Source: an uncultured Fibrobacter sp. (GTDB taxonomy: Bacteria > Fibrobacterota > Chitinivibrionia > Chitinivibrionales > Chitinispirillaceae). Taken from it: a stretch of 59,702 nt of DNA. Positions 1 through 9,822 of this stretch are shown here, piece by piece. The stretch is taken from NCBI GenBank assembly GCA_964472925.1, contig CAYYNL010000002.1:1-59702 (forward strand), written 5' to 3'. Every line of letters starts with the position of its first letter. Within the stretch, counting starts at the first letter, position 1. Below the pieces are notes generated by a model. That model was not told the origin of the DNA. It searched no databases and saw only the letters and a list, made by a program, of their open reading frames with translations. The translations under genes and the position numbers were made by a program.

Positions 1-2
1 TT

Positions 3-92
3 GATTTAAACGAAGAAATTGAAAAAATGAAGCAGTGGTGGAGAGAGCGAATCATTTATTTGGATGCTGAGATAAATAAATTGTCTTATTAA
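3..92 (+). CDS. 3' end of an upstream gene running into the window (last 29 codons, product unknown)
   Basis: Frame 3 is open from the window edge to TAA at 90-92 (DLNEEIEKMKQWWRERIIYLDAEINKLSY*). No recognisable domain in this fragment. Confidence 0.3.
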   Translation, partial: DLNEEIEKMKQWWRERIIYLDAEINKLSY

Positions 93-274
93 TCTCTGAA
101 AATCATTCCTTGAAAACTATCTTATTCTGATTCTAAGATTTCCTTCGATCTTTTAAAATACCTCCATAATAATTCAGACCTGTTTTAAATTGCCTCAGTT
201 GTGAAAGGGTTGTATATTGAAAAATCAACCAGAATAATACTTATTTTAAACGCCTGTAACAGGAAAGGTGAACT

Positions 275-772
275 ATGTCAGATGCACCATTACAATCAGC
301 TCAACCTCAGAAATTGGAAGTAGATGAATTTGCTATTAAACTGGAGCAATTACGAAAAAAACAGAACCCCTTATTGGCTATATCCGCAGGTATACTGGCC
401 TTTATCGCCACTACAGCATTATGGATTTTAATGGCCAACAAGTACCAGGTCTCCTGGATGGCTCTGGCAGTTGGTTTTGGAATTGCGTTTTCCATTCAAT
501 ATGCAGGAAAAATTATCGACCAATGGTATGGTTTCATCTCTGCCTTTCTTACTGTCATATCCATTATAGTAGGAACCTTGTATACTGCTGTTAACATTTT
601 TGCTACAGGTAAACAGATCACCAAATCAGAAGTACTATCGCAGTTTGATTTTTCCATGGCCATAAATTTTTTTACTGCAATCATGCGTCCAATTGATGTG
701 ATACTCTCTCTGGGAGCCATCTTTGCCGCTTTCTGGTTTTCTTTCAAACATATAGAGCCACCCCAGCCATAA
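275..772 (+). CDS. hypothetical multi-pass membrane protein
   Basis: 165-aa ORF with about four hydrophobic helices (LLAISAGILAFIATTALWILM, WMALAVGFGIAFSI, FISAFLTVISIIVGTLY, ILSLGAIFAAFWFSF). GGAAAGG Shine-Dalgarno-like sequence upstream. No family recognised. Confidence 0.5.
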   Translation: MSDAPLQSAQPQKLEVDEFAIKLEQLRKKQNPLLAISAGILAFIATTALWILMANKYQVSWMALAVGFGIAFSIQYAGKIIDQWYGFISAFLTVISIIVGTLYTAVNIFATGKQITKSEVLSQFDFSMAINFFTAIMRPIDVILSLGAIFAAFWFSFKHIEPPQP

Positions 773-791
773 ATTAAGTTTAGGCACTATC

Positions 792-1625
792 TCAGAGAGC
801 AGAGAGTACATGCCACTGAAAGGGGAAGCGAACTATTGCCTCTTCAAGAGTGGATACAATCGTTTGCACGGCAGTATCAAAATCGCTTTCTCCCCCAATT
901 TTTTGGGAATATACATTTAATACTCCGTCCTTATGGATGCAGTAAGCTACATATACCGGGATTTTTTTCTGCAAAGCATAGTTCACAATAGTCAGTGGCA
1001 TTCTTACTCGTTTTCCGAAAAAACGAACTTCAACCCCCCTGCCCCCCACCATTCTATCGCAAAGTATCCCTAACGGATTACCCTCTTTTATAATCTTTAA
1101 TATCTGGCGTAAATCATCGTGAACAACCGTCCTTATGCCATGAGACCGGCGGGTCCGCTTGAAAAAGTCGGCAATATACTCCGGACGAAGTCGCTCAGCT
1201 ACTACCTGGAAATCTTTTTGAGTAGTGTTCTTGATGATATTTCCAAAGAGTTCAAAATTTCCCATATGAAATGTAACCCCCAGAAAACAGGGTTCCGAAG
1301 GAGGAAATTGCTGAGAATGGTAAATTACAGTACTGCTTTCCCAGATCTTATTTACCAGCGGATATTCCGCCCAATACCTTCCATATTCCACAAAGACTCG
1401 CAGAATTTCAGCATAAGAAGGATCTCTTTTAAAAATGGATTTTAGATTTCTTTTTACAGAATTTCTTTTTGAATAACATAAAATGAAGCTTAAAAGAGAA
1501 AGTATATCGGTAACTGCATACCTAAGCGGCAAAGGGAATGAAGCGGTAGAGTATAGTAACCATAAAAAAAAGAATTTGACAGCTCCCCCGAGATGTTCGA
1601 GAACTTTTGAGAGTAAATAAATCAT
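792..1625 (-). CDS. lysophospholipid/lipid A-type (HtrB/LpxL-like) acyltransferase
   Basis: 277 aa with an N-terminal membrane anchor and the HX4D/E acyltransferase motif (FHMGNFELFG). Last gene of a tightly packed minus-strand operon with a GT4 glycosyltransferase. Confidence 0.65.
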   Translation of the reverse strand: MIYLLSKVLEHLGGAVKFFFLWLLYSTASFPLPLRYAVTDILSLLSFILCYSKRNSVKRNLKSIFKRDPSYAEILRVFVEYGRYWAEYPLVNKIWESSTVIYHSQQFPPSEPCFLGVTFHMGNFELFGNIIKNTTQKDFQVVAERLRPEYIADFFKRTRRSHGIRTVVHDDLRQILKIIKEGNPLGILCDRMVGGRGVEVRFFGKRVRMPLTIVNYALQKKIPVYVAYCIHKDGVLNVYSQKIGGESDFDTAVQTIVSTLEEAIVRFPFQWHVLSAL

Positions 1626-1631
1626 ACCACC

Positions 1632-2783
1632 TCACGAAGAGCCGACAAAAGTGCGGTAAGACTGCTCGACCTGATCTATTACCGAACTCCAACTGTATTT
1701 TTTAACATCTTCTATACCCTTAGCAGAGATCTGCCAGGCCAGCTTAGGTGACTGCAATAATCTGGCAATAGCCCTGGCGATCTGATCAGGATTAGTAGGA
1801 TCAACTAGTAAACCATTTTCCCCATCTTTAATCACCTTACGGTACCCTTCATTGTTTCCAGCCACAATAGGTACCCCAGCAGCCATTGCCTCAATAAGCA
1901 CTATTCCAAAGCTTTCTCCATAAGTAGCCGGAGAGCAAAATATGTCTGCAGTTTTATAAAACCTGGGAAGATCATCAAAAGATGCTTCACCTATAAAAAA
2001 GACACGATCTTCAACATCGGGCGGAACCCGACTTCTATAATATCGGGTCAATACACCATTGCCCACCACAATTAACCTGACCTGCTCATTAGTATAGTTC
2101 TGGATCAGGGGAATACTTTGCAATAGAGTGGTAAGTCCTTTTCTGGGCTCTAATCGCCCTACAAAGAGAATGTTTTTAATCCCATCATCAAAGCAGCTTA
2201 TTTTCTTTCTTTCTGAAGAGAAACGCAACAGATCAACTCCATTGGGGATAATCTGGTACTCTCCAGGCAGAATGGGTTTAACAAAATCTCTGGAAGCTGT
2301 AGAAACAGCTATGCGAGAGAAAAACTCAGTCTGGTATCTTCTGAAATAAAAGCCCAGACGTTTGACAAAAAAACGCTCCGTCCCTCCGCCGCAGGCATGA
2401 AAAGTGCCTATTACACCAGGAGTTTTTAATCCCAGCCGCCGCCTCTGCTTAACACAGCTTAAAACACTTAATCCCAGAAGACAGAAAAGAGGCTGATGCA
2501 AATGAATAATGTCAAAATCATGTTCTGTAAGAATCTTATTCATCACCCGCAACGGTCTGGTTACAAAAGGTACCTTAACTACAGATCCATTGAGAATAAA
2601 AGGGATCGGTTTACCAATCCTTATAAGGTCACTTCTCTCTTCCAGTATACCTTTTCCATCAAAAGGGGTTATCAACTTAACATCATATCCTCTTTTCTTC
2701 AGTTCTTTATACTGATAGAATACATGCTCGGTGATACCACCATACCAGGGATAGAAGTAAGAGGATACAATCCCGATTTTCAT
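1632..2783 (-). CDS. glycosyltransferase family 4 (PimA-like GT-B fold)
   Basis: 383 aa. N-terminal MKIGIVSSYFYPWYGGITEHV and C-terminal GT1/GT4 signature PATYGESFGIVLIEAMAAGVPIVAGNNEG. Confidence 0.8.
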   Translation of the reverse strand: MKIGIVSSYFYPWYGGITEHVFYQYKELKKRGYDVKLITPFDGKGILEERSDLIRIGKPIPFILNGSVVKVPFVTRPLRVMNKILTEHDFDIIHLHQPLFCLLGLSVLSCVKQRRRLGLKTPGVIGTFHACGGGTERFFVKRLGFYFRRYQTEFFSRIAVSTASRDFVKPILPGEYQIIPNGVDLLRFSSERKKISCFDDGIKNILFVGRLEPRKGLTTLLQSIPLIQNYTNEQVRLIVVGNGVLTRYYRSRVPPDVEDRVFFIGEASFDDLPRFYKTADIFCSPATYGESFGIVLIEAMAAGVPIVAGNNEGYRKVIKDGENGLLVDPTNPDQIARAIARLLQSPKLAWQISAKGIEDVKKYSWSSVIDQVEQSYRTFVGSS

Positions 2784-3799
2784 GTTTGGACATTCCTGTT
2801 TGACATTATTTGATTTTTTCCGGACGAGACAGTGTTTTCTGAATTCTTTGATAATATGAGCTCCTGGAAAAAAGAAATGGAACCGCCCAGAATTACCGGT
2901 ACGCCCTGAATGACCTGGAAAATGATGGAGAAGGTAAGCGCCTTAGGTTTGGAAACCGAAAAGAATGAAAGCGCTAAAATACTGAAAAACTGAAATGTGC
3001 CAATATTTCCGGGAGCAAGTGGAATGATCAGCCCCAGATTTATAATAAGTAAAACGACTGCCGAGGCCACAATGTCGATGGAGATGTTAAGAGCTTCAGC
3101 AGTAAGTCTGACCATGGAGATCTGTACCACCCAGGAAAGAAGGGACAGAGACATAATTTTTGACACATCAGAAATACTGTTTATTACTTTTGTTCCTGCA
3201 AGGAACTGCTCCAAAGCCATTGCTACAGTTCTTCCCAGCACAGGAGAAATTCTGCTTACCATCTTTTCGATTCCTTTAATCACCCACTCCCTTTTTCGAT
3301 ATAAATACAGCAACCCTATGATTGCTGTCAGAACCACTATTCCCAGTACCAGAGTTCTTCTCTGGAATAGCAGAGGAAAAGAAAACGCTAAGCCTACAAA
3401 CGCCATTACCATCATTAGGCTGGTAACTTCAAATATTCTTTGAATTACCACTGCAGAAACGGAGGAAATTTTTGAAATCTCCTGTTTTTTACTCAGTGAG
3501 TAGCCCTGGACTACATCACCCAACTTAAAAGGCAAAACCAAGTTGGAAAAAACTCCCATCAGATAGCTAGAAATTGCATTGTACAGAGAAACCACCTTTA
3601 TCGGTCTCACTATACACATCCACACCACCGATCGAATCATCAGATTAAAAGAAGTAAGCACAAACACACTAAATGTCTGAACGACATTCATCTCCCTTAA
3701 AATTACCCACACATCATTAAAATCGACCCCATGAACCGACCATACCAGCGCCAGAGCCACTCCACCTGTTCCGATAATCATCTTAATGGGGAATTTCAT
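2780..3799 (-). CDS. UPF0104 / lysylphosphatidylglycerol-synthase-TM-type (flippase-like) integral membrane protein
   Basis: 339 aa with about eight hydrophobic helices. 4-nt overlaps with both the upstream and downstream genes. Architecture typical of flippase-like membrane proteins found beside GT4 enzymes. Confidence 0.55.
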   Translation of the reverse strand: MKFPIKMIIGTGGVALALVWSVHGVDFNDVWVILREMNVVQTFSVFVLTSFNLMIRSVVWMCIVRPIKVVSLYNAISSYLMGVFSNLVLPFKLGDVVQGYSLSKKQEISKISSVSAVVIQRIFEVTSLMMVMAFVGLAFSFPLLFQRRTLVLGIVVLTAIIGLLYLYRKREWVIKGIEKMVSRISPVLGRTVAMALEQFLAGTKVINSISDVSKIMSLSLLSWVVQISMVRLTAEALNISIDIVASAVVLLIINLGLIIPLAPGNIGTFQFFSILALSFFSVSKPKALTFSIIFQVIQGVPVILGGSISFFQELILSKNSENTVSSGKNQIMSNRNVQT

Positions 3800-4479
3800 T
3801 TTTCCACACTTATCCGGAAATCATCATAATCAGCTTCCACGAACGACTCCGTATTATCAGAGTCTGACATTATCGCTATAGCTTCCACAGGAGGTGGACT
3901 GGTACCAAAAATTCTCTGATAATCCCCAAAAACATCTACGTTCTCTTCTATCCATTGTCCAGCAGAAGTTTCCCCGGATCGCAATACCACAATTTTTGTT
4001 CTTCGGTTAAAGGGGCTCTCGGTAATCACCCCAGGTTCTAAAGTACTGCTCCACACATATTTGATAATCCGGTTTAACCTGTATTTACCATTAAAGATCA
4101 CATAAACCCCGGCAGCACTATCAGCAAATCGCCGTTTGTCCTCTCTGGCCCCCTTGGGCAACTGATGAATCCTCCACCTCCAGCTTAAATAATGGTAAGT
4201 GTCGGTATTAAAACTGAAATGAATCCCTAAAGTGGTGTTTCCTCCCGCAGTCTTTATTTTAATAAATCGGTTCCCCTTCTCCTCCTCCAATGAAAACATA
4301 TGCACATCCTTCTGCGTAGCGTACCAGCCGCACGGAAGCCCCTCTTGCAAAGAAAGGCAAGCTGAAAAAGTGTCCACTACTAAAGTTTTTTCACCTCCTG
4401 GATTATACTGAGCCCATAAAAGAGCTTTGCTCTCAATAATAAGCATGAGAAAGATATTTACATATACACTGCGGTGCAT
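3796..4479 (-). CDS. secreted DUF3047-like protein
   Basis: 227 aa with a signal-like N-terminus. The segment YLSWRWRIHQLPKGAREDKRRFADSAAGVYVIF resembles the DUF3047 core (W-x-W ... D-x-A-A-x-V-Y-V-x-F). First gene of the operon. Confidence 0.45.
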   Translation of the reverse strand: MHRSVYVNIFLMLIIESKALLWAQYNPGGEKTLVVDTFSACLSLQEGLPCGWYATQKDVHMFSLEEEKGNRFIKIKTAGGNTTLGIHFSFNTDTYHYLSWRWRIHQLPKGAREDKRRFADSAAGVYVIFNGKYRLNRIIKYVWSSTLEPGVITESPFNRRTKIVVLRSGETSAGQWIEENVDVFGDYQRIFGTSPPPVEAIAIMSDSDNTESFVEADYDDFRISVEK

Positions 4480-4679
4480 TGTTCTCCTCCAGCTCTTTTA
4501 CTTTACTAAGGGAAAGCAAGAATCATGCCATAGCTCTCCTGCCAATGCTCTCTGAATCCAATTGCTTCTTCCCCTGTTAAAATTTTTAATGTAATTTGAA
4601 TTTATAATAACCCATAATACACTTTTCTCTCTATAAGGAATTGATCAGTTCATCTGATCAAAACGGAGGTTTTTTATCA

Positions 4680-5150
4680 ATGGAAACAACATATCTTACT
4701 AAAGAAGGATATAATAAGCTTATTTCAGATCTGGAATACCTTAAAACCACCAGACGCAAAGAAATAGCCGCTCAACTGGATTTAGCCCGCTCTCATGGGG
4801 ATTTGAGAGAAAACGCCGAGTATGAAGCAGCCAAACAAGCCCTTGCGCTAAATGAAATCCGCATAAGAGAACTGGAAGAGAAAATCTCCACCGCCCAAAT
4901 CATTAATACCGAAAACCTCTCCACCGACAAAATTTTTATCGGTGCCAAAGTCACCCTCTACGATATCGATTTTGAAGAGGAAGTAGAATTCGAACTGACC
5001 GGCTCGGATGAAGCAAACCCTTCGCAAGGCAAAATCTCTGTTAGTTCACCTGTGGCAAAAGCAATGTTAGGCCATTCAGTAGGGGATATAATAGAAGCAA
5101 AAGTGCCTCGAGGTATAATAAAATATAAAGTACTTAAGATCAGCAGATAA
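4680..5150 (+). CDS. greA: transcription elongation factor GreA
   Basis: METTYLTKEGYNKLISDLEYLKTTRRKEIAAQLDLARSHGDLRENAEYEAAKQ is the canonical GreA N-terminal coiled coil. Start moved to ATG 4680, with GGAGG 9 nt upstream, instead of the TTG at 4641 used by the ORF track. Confidence 0.9.
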   Translation: METTYLTKEGYNKLISDLEYLKTTRRKEIAAQLDLARSHGDLRENAEYEAAKQALALNEIRIRELEEKISTAQIINTENLSTDKIFIGAKVTLYDIDFEEEVEFELTGSDEANPSQGKISVSSPVAKAMLGHSVGDIIEAKVPRGIIKYKVLKISR

Positions 5151-5221
5151 ATTTCTCTTAATGAAATAAATAGCTGTCCTATCCCGAACAATTTTATTTG
5201 CTTTTAAACGTAACAATTTTT

Positions 5222-5734
5222 ATGTTTGGACAACTTATGTTTAACTACAGCGAAAACGAATTATTGCAGGAAGTATTCAGCAAAACCAGTATACTCCGCA
5301 AACCCATTACCGGGATCATCAGCGGCTATCATCAATTACCTTATATCCTTATCGCTCCCTCTGAACACAACAGTTCCCATACTGTGGAGATTAACGGCAA
5401 AATAAACGTCTCACCAAAGATTATCATCTCCCCTGCCTCATTTAATGAGACTTTCGGAGATATCTTTGATCCAGAAACATTTGACCAAACCATAGAAGGC
5501 CGTGTTTTCTCTTTTGCCTACGCAAAGAATAAAAACGTCAAAATTCAAAACGAATATTTTAATATAACCAATTATGAGGACAAACCCCAGGAACACCTCG
5601 ATCGGGTTTACGATCGACTTCTCCAACAGGAGAATACCTCAACAGGACTAATTTTTAGCCCTAAATTTCAATTTTATCCGGTCTCTATCGATAGATTTCT
5701 CTCTGAAATCCTTGACCGGGAATTTCGTGTTTAA
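5222..5734 (+). CDS. hypothetical protein
   Basis: Long ORF on the same strand as its neighbours, first ATG at 5222. No family recognised. Confidence 0.4.
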   Translation: MFGQLMFNYSENELLQEVFSKTSILRKPITGIISGYHQLPYILIAPSEHNSSHTVEINGKINVSPKIIISPASFNETFGDIFDPETFDQTIEGRVFSFAYAKNKNVKIQNEYFNITNYEDKPQEHLDRVYDRLLQQENTSTGLIFSPKFQFYPVSIDRFLSEILDREFRV

Positions 5735-5757
5735 TCACCTTTTCCAAAAAAATCACT

Positions 5758-6027
5758 ATGTACGAAAAACCACTTTATCCAACACCTGAGGGATATCGAA
5801 GATCGGACAAAAACCCCTATAAGAAAAATTGTCTGAAAGACGAAGTAATGGCTATGCTGAAACAAAAAGCCAAACTTCAAAAAAACAGTATACCAAACCC
5901 CAGCGAATCAAAACAATTGTCTTCAAAGTCTTCTCTATTACCATATCCAAAAAATAATGGGCAAATAAGTGAAAAGGCTGCAAAACTGATAGCTCAGGCC
6001 ATAAAAAGCATGTTAAGGAGTAAATAA
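5758..6027 (+). CDS. small lysine-rich hypothetical protein
   Basis: 89-aa ORF packed between co-directional ORFs. No family recognised. Confidence 0.3.
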   Translation: MYEKPLYPTPEGYRRSDKNPYKKNCLKDEVMAMLKQKAKLQKNSIPNPSESKQLSSKSSLLPYPKNNGQISEKAAKLIAQAIKSMLRSK

Positions 6028-6030
6028 AAC

Positions 6031-6471
6031 ATGATTTTACTTCGTTTTTACCGACTATATCTTTCATTTATTGGGGGAGCTGTCGTATTTTTCACACTCA
6101 TTCATTCCTGGTGGGCATGGCTATGTAGCTCTATCTTGCTACGGATTATCTGGGCCCTGGGAGAAACTAAATTCAATAATTACAGAAGTAACAAGTGTTT
6201 TGAACAGCACTCCTATGAATTCAAACAACTTATGGGGCCCTATGGTATCAGAATGATTAACAAAGCCGAATCTGACCCACAAATCAAAAAAAGCCTCTGT
6301 GAAGTGTTCACTCCTGATCTCAAAAAACTTCAGGAAACACTAAAACAACTGGAAATGATGGATACTCTCTTTACTGCCGGACTGCGTCCCGACTCAGACA
6401 CCTACCACCTGCATGATCTTAAACTCAAGTATGCTAAACACCGGTTGCAGAAAGCTTCCAGCCAAAAGTAG
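6031..6471 (+). CDS. hypothetical membrane-anchored protein
   Basis: 146 aa with an N-terminal hydrophobic region (LYLSFIGGAVVFFTLIHSWWAWLCSSILL). Starts 4 nt after the previous stop. Confidence 0.4.
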   Translation: MILLRFYRLYLSFIGGAVVFFTLIHSWWAWLCSSILLRIIWALGETKFNNYRSNKCFEQHSYEFKQLMGPYGIRMINKAESDPQIKKSLCEVFTPDLKKLQETLKQLEMMDTLFTAGLRPDSDTYHLHDLKLKYAKHRLQKASSQK

Positions 6472-6475
6472 GTTT

Positions 6476-7357
6476 TTAATCAAAAAAAATTTCTAATTTA
6501 CTCACCCCATCGCTGATTCCCTTAAGAAAAGTATGAAGTCCACCATAGTATCCGGAATCCACTTTTAAAACGATTGTACTATCATACTCATGTCTTGCCA
6601 GAAGAGAGCAGTACTCTCTCCATGGGACTTCTCCATCAGCTAAGGGAAAACAATCGATTTGGCCAGAACCAACAATATGAGCATCACAAGCATATACATG
6701 ATCAACCCGGGCCAGAAATTTTTCTTTTGGGAACATCTGATAATCCATCGTAGTCGATACAAACCAACTATGAACGAAATCCCAGCATATCCCCAGGTTC
6801 GTCTCCTCAATTAACGATAAACAACTCTGCCAATATTCCTGCTGTTTTCTCTGGTCTGCATTAATATCCCAAGGTTCGCAAAGAGCAACTACATCACCAT
6901 ACTGTTCTACAATCATTTTATCAATCAAAGTAAAAAAATATTTCCCTCCGGTTACAAATTTCTCCTGCTCTTCCGGAGTGTTATCCAAACCACAATGAAA
7001 AACATAAGGAACCGGAACTTTGGTAATGTTAGCGACAGATTGTGCGGTTCGCAATCTGTCGGTCAGAAATGGTATACAGTCTGAATTGAAAAAATCAGGC
7101 GAAAACCTGTTGTATTTTAAATCAAGTGAAATAAACAAGCCGGTATCTGCAAACACTTCAGCTAATTTGAGAATGACAGGTTCATCGGTCTGGGCTGTAA
7201 TATTTAAGTCCACAAAAGTAATTCCACACTCCTTAAGCATAGATCCCAACTGTCCAGGTTCGGCATACTTTTTCTGCCACTCAATCCCAACCAGATCTTC
7301 AACATTAAACTTTTGCCCGATATGTACTCTTCTCATCCGATTCTCCCGATAGCCCAT
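6476..7357 (-). CDS. xylose-isomerase-like TIM-barrel protein (sugar phosphate isomerase/epimerase family)
   Basis: 293 aa. Spaced metal-ligand-like motifs typical of the AP_endonuc_2 fold: VFHCG, ALCEPWD, ICWDFVHSW, HVYACDAH, PLADGEVPW. Confidence 0.5.
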   Translation of the reverse strand: MGYRENRMRRVHIGQKFNVEDLVGIEWQKKYAEPGQLGSMLKECGITFVDLNITAQTDEPVILKLAEVFADTGLFISLDLKYNRFSPDFFNSDCIPFLTDRLRTAQSVANITKVPVPYVFHCGLDNTPEEQEKFVTGGKYFFTLIDKMIVEQYGDVVALCEPWDINADQRKQQEYWQSCLSLIEETNLGICWDFVHSWFVSTTMDYQMFPKEKFLARVDHVYACDAHIVGSGQIDCFPLADGEVPWREYCSLLARHEYDSTIVLKVDSGYYGGLHTFLKGISDGVSKLEIFFD

Positions 7358-7543
7358 TCGACTGCGGATTTATGCTGATAAATGAATAAAAGAAATCAAA
7401 AAGCAGACCGAATAACCAGAAGATAGATGTATATATTCTCTATCCGATGTTCTAAAATCATTAACTCTCCAATGCGCAAATAGTTATTTTAAATGACTGA
7501 TTTTTAAATATCGTTTGATCACATACTTACGAAATTTTTTACC

Positions 7544-8146
7544 ATGAAAAGCTCCTCAACATCCTTTTTTATTAACAGTTTTTTGATCATAATTTCTACT
7601 CTCTTTTCTCTTAAAGCCGATTCTCTGTCTAGTACTGTACCAAAAATTTTCTTCAGCCCAGCACTCACTGCATCCATACGTAACCCGATCGGAAAATCAG
7701 CAGATCTCTGGAAACACTACAATTCTGCAGGTTTAAGCTTTGAATTCCCCTCTCGAATGAATAACTTATATTGTGAAGCCGCGTTTGAAACCGGACATGT
7801 TTTTAACAAGCTTAATACCAGTTCAGCCTATCTGTTGCATATCCATTTTGGAGTTCAGTATAGTATTGATACTCCTATAAAATGGTTGAAAGTGTTACCC
7901 CAGATAAGTATCACCAATACCATGGTAAGCAAATCCAATGTCTTTGATGCACTTTTTAAAACCGACCGGATCTCCTTTGCCGATGTAGAAAATGAATACG
8001 GTTTAAGGGGCGGTATAGAAACAAGGCTGGTTTTCAGGAATTTTTTCATCGGCATCCCTGTAATAATCGAAAGAACATTTTCCGATCCTGTTCCTCTTGA
8101 TCTGTTTCTTATCAATGTCATCGCAGGTTATAAATTCTACTTATGA
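7544..8146 (+). CDS. hypothetical secreted / outer-membrane protein
   Basis: 200 aa with a signal-like N-terminus (FFINSFLIIISTLFSLKA) and an aromatic C-terminus (GYKFYL). ATGA overlap with the next ORF. Confidence 0.45.
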   Translation: MKSSSTSFFINSFLIIISTLFSLKADSLSSTVPKIFFSPALTASIRNPIGKSADLWKHYNSAGLSFEFPSRMNNLYCEAAFETGHVFNKLNTSSAYLLHIHFGVQYSIDTPIKWLKVLPQISITNTMVSKSNVFDALFKTDRISFADVENEYGLRGGIETRLVFRNFFIGIPVIIERTFSDPVPLDLFLINVIAGYKFYL

Positions 8147-9777
8147 AAAGATTTACCATTTTTACCATTATAATACTGTTTTTTTTATTGCCATTTTCTT
8201 TATTCTCAGAAACCGATTCCATTCTAGTGCGTCTGGATAAGTCTAATTCATTTGTACTTTCTTCCACAACTGTTCTTCCCAACTCAAATCTTTCCATTAT
8301 TTCCCTCTCTCCCAATGACACCTTCCTTCAAGTCCCTGCACACGACAGTAATCACCTGCTTTTTATTTCCGGGGATATTGGGGCAGAAACAGGTGAAGCA
8401 TTACTCAGTAGAATATATAAACCAGGTTATTACCCCAACAGAGATCACCGTACCACCTTTTCCACCCTGTTATCTGTTCCAAGGATACCTCTGGCAATCA
8501 GTTATAAATATAACTACACAGATGAATACACCGACCGGTTTGATTCAATATGGATAAACTATACAAAAGCTACCGGCAAAAATATGCAGTACGACGAAGA
8601 TGGCTTGCGACATGAACATCTGTTTGGCATGCACTATCAGCAAAACAATCTGCTTGTGCAAGCAAGCTACAACTGGTACAGAAGATGGAATGCCACACCT
8701 TATTTCTTCTCCCCTGTACTTTCTTATGGTTATTCCCTCAATCCTCTTCTTACCTATACCAATAATAATTTAACCCTTTACTCTAACTGGTTAATAAATA
8801 AACATTCTGAATATTATGATCACATCTATCCCACCGAATATACCGATGTCTCATTTACAAATAAATTATCCGTTAAACTTTCATCTACCATGTCGACCGC
8901 TCTTGAGGCCAGATTTGATCCTGCACTCGATCCGGGTGCCGCTTTCTGTGCCAGTCTCCTGCATGATGGCACAGTCTTTAACTGGAATCTGTCTGTATCA
9001 ATATTCAACAGTAACGATTTTTCTTTGCATGGGTATGGTTCTTTGAATCCTACTCCAAATATCAACTGTTCTCTTTCGATAGCCAGGGCATTTATTCCAA
9101 AATCAAGAGATTATACCTTTATGGAGTATCAGCTCCCAGTTTCATATAACCCAATCGCCACTAACCAGATTGTTTTCTACAGCTCAGCAACTTACAAAGA
9201 CACCCTTTTTATTCCAGTTTCCATAAATACCTGGTTTCAGCATATCAATAAGCCCATCTGGGAATCGATTACTTTCTATGATGATTCTGCAGTTATCAAT
9301 CAGATACTTTATAAAAACGGTGAATCCGTTCTTGGATTAAACGGTAATGGCCGGTTGTATTTCAAATCATTCTATCTAGATTGTCATCCTTCAATTATAA
9401 TTCCGTTGGGAAATACTGTCCGTCGATTCGCAATTGAGAAAATGCTGGATATAGTACTGGCCTTTTCACCTTCAGACAATAATATCATTTCAGGTTCAGT
9501 AAGGTTCCATTACAGAGATAGTTCTTACCTCAATTACATACTGTCTGAAAATAGCGATCTGCTGCAGACTTTCACATCTCCGTCACAAACAGCGCTTTAT
9601 TTTCAGTTAAATTTGCCTTTCTCGGTTCCCTTTATTCACCGTTTTACCAGAAATGCTACGTTTTTTATAGATGCAGGTCCGTTAAGACTTTCAAAAACAC
9701 AGCGTTTACGCGAACATCCCAGAGGTAATCAGATCGGTCCTGCAATATATGCCGGCATTAAAGGAAACTTCTGGTAA
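8143..9777 (+). CDS. hypothetical outer-membrane beta-barrel-like protein
   Basis: 544 aa with a signal peptide (FTIFTIIILFFLLPFSLFS). Y/N/S/T-rich alternating composition and a terminal aromatic residue (GNFW), as in OMPs. No family recognised. Confidence 0.45.
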   Translation: MKRFTIFTIIILFFLLPFSLFSETDSILVRLDKSNSFVLSSTTVLPNSNLSIISLSPNDTFLQVPAHDSNHLLFISGDIGAETGEALLSRIYKPGYYPNRDHRTTFSTLLSVPRIPLAISYKYNYTDEYTDRFDSIWINYTKATGKNMQYDEDGLRHEHLFGMHYQQNNLLVQASYNWYRRWNATPYFFSPVLSYGYSLNPLLTYTNNNLTLYSNWLINKHSEYYDHIYPTEYTDVSFTNKLSVKLSSTMSTALEARFDPALDPGAAFCASLLHDGTVFNWNLSVSIFNSNDFSLHGYGSLNPTPNINCSLSIARAFIPKSRDYTFMEYQLPVSYNPIATNQIVFYSSATYKDTLFIPVSINTWFQHINKPIWESITFYDDSAVINQILYKNGESVLGLNGNGRLYFKSFYLDCHPSIIIPLGNTVRRFAIEKMLDIVLAFSPSDNNIISGSVRFHYRDSSYLNYILSENSDLLQTFTSPSQTALYFQLNLPFSVPFIHRFTRNATFFIDAGPLRLSKTQRLREHPRGNQIGPAIYAGIKGNFW

Positions 9778-9822
9778 CATTCTGGTCAGATTCATCACAA
9801 GCCATCTTGAAAGTAAACTATA

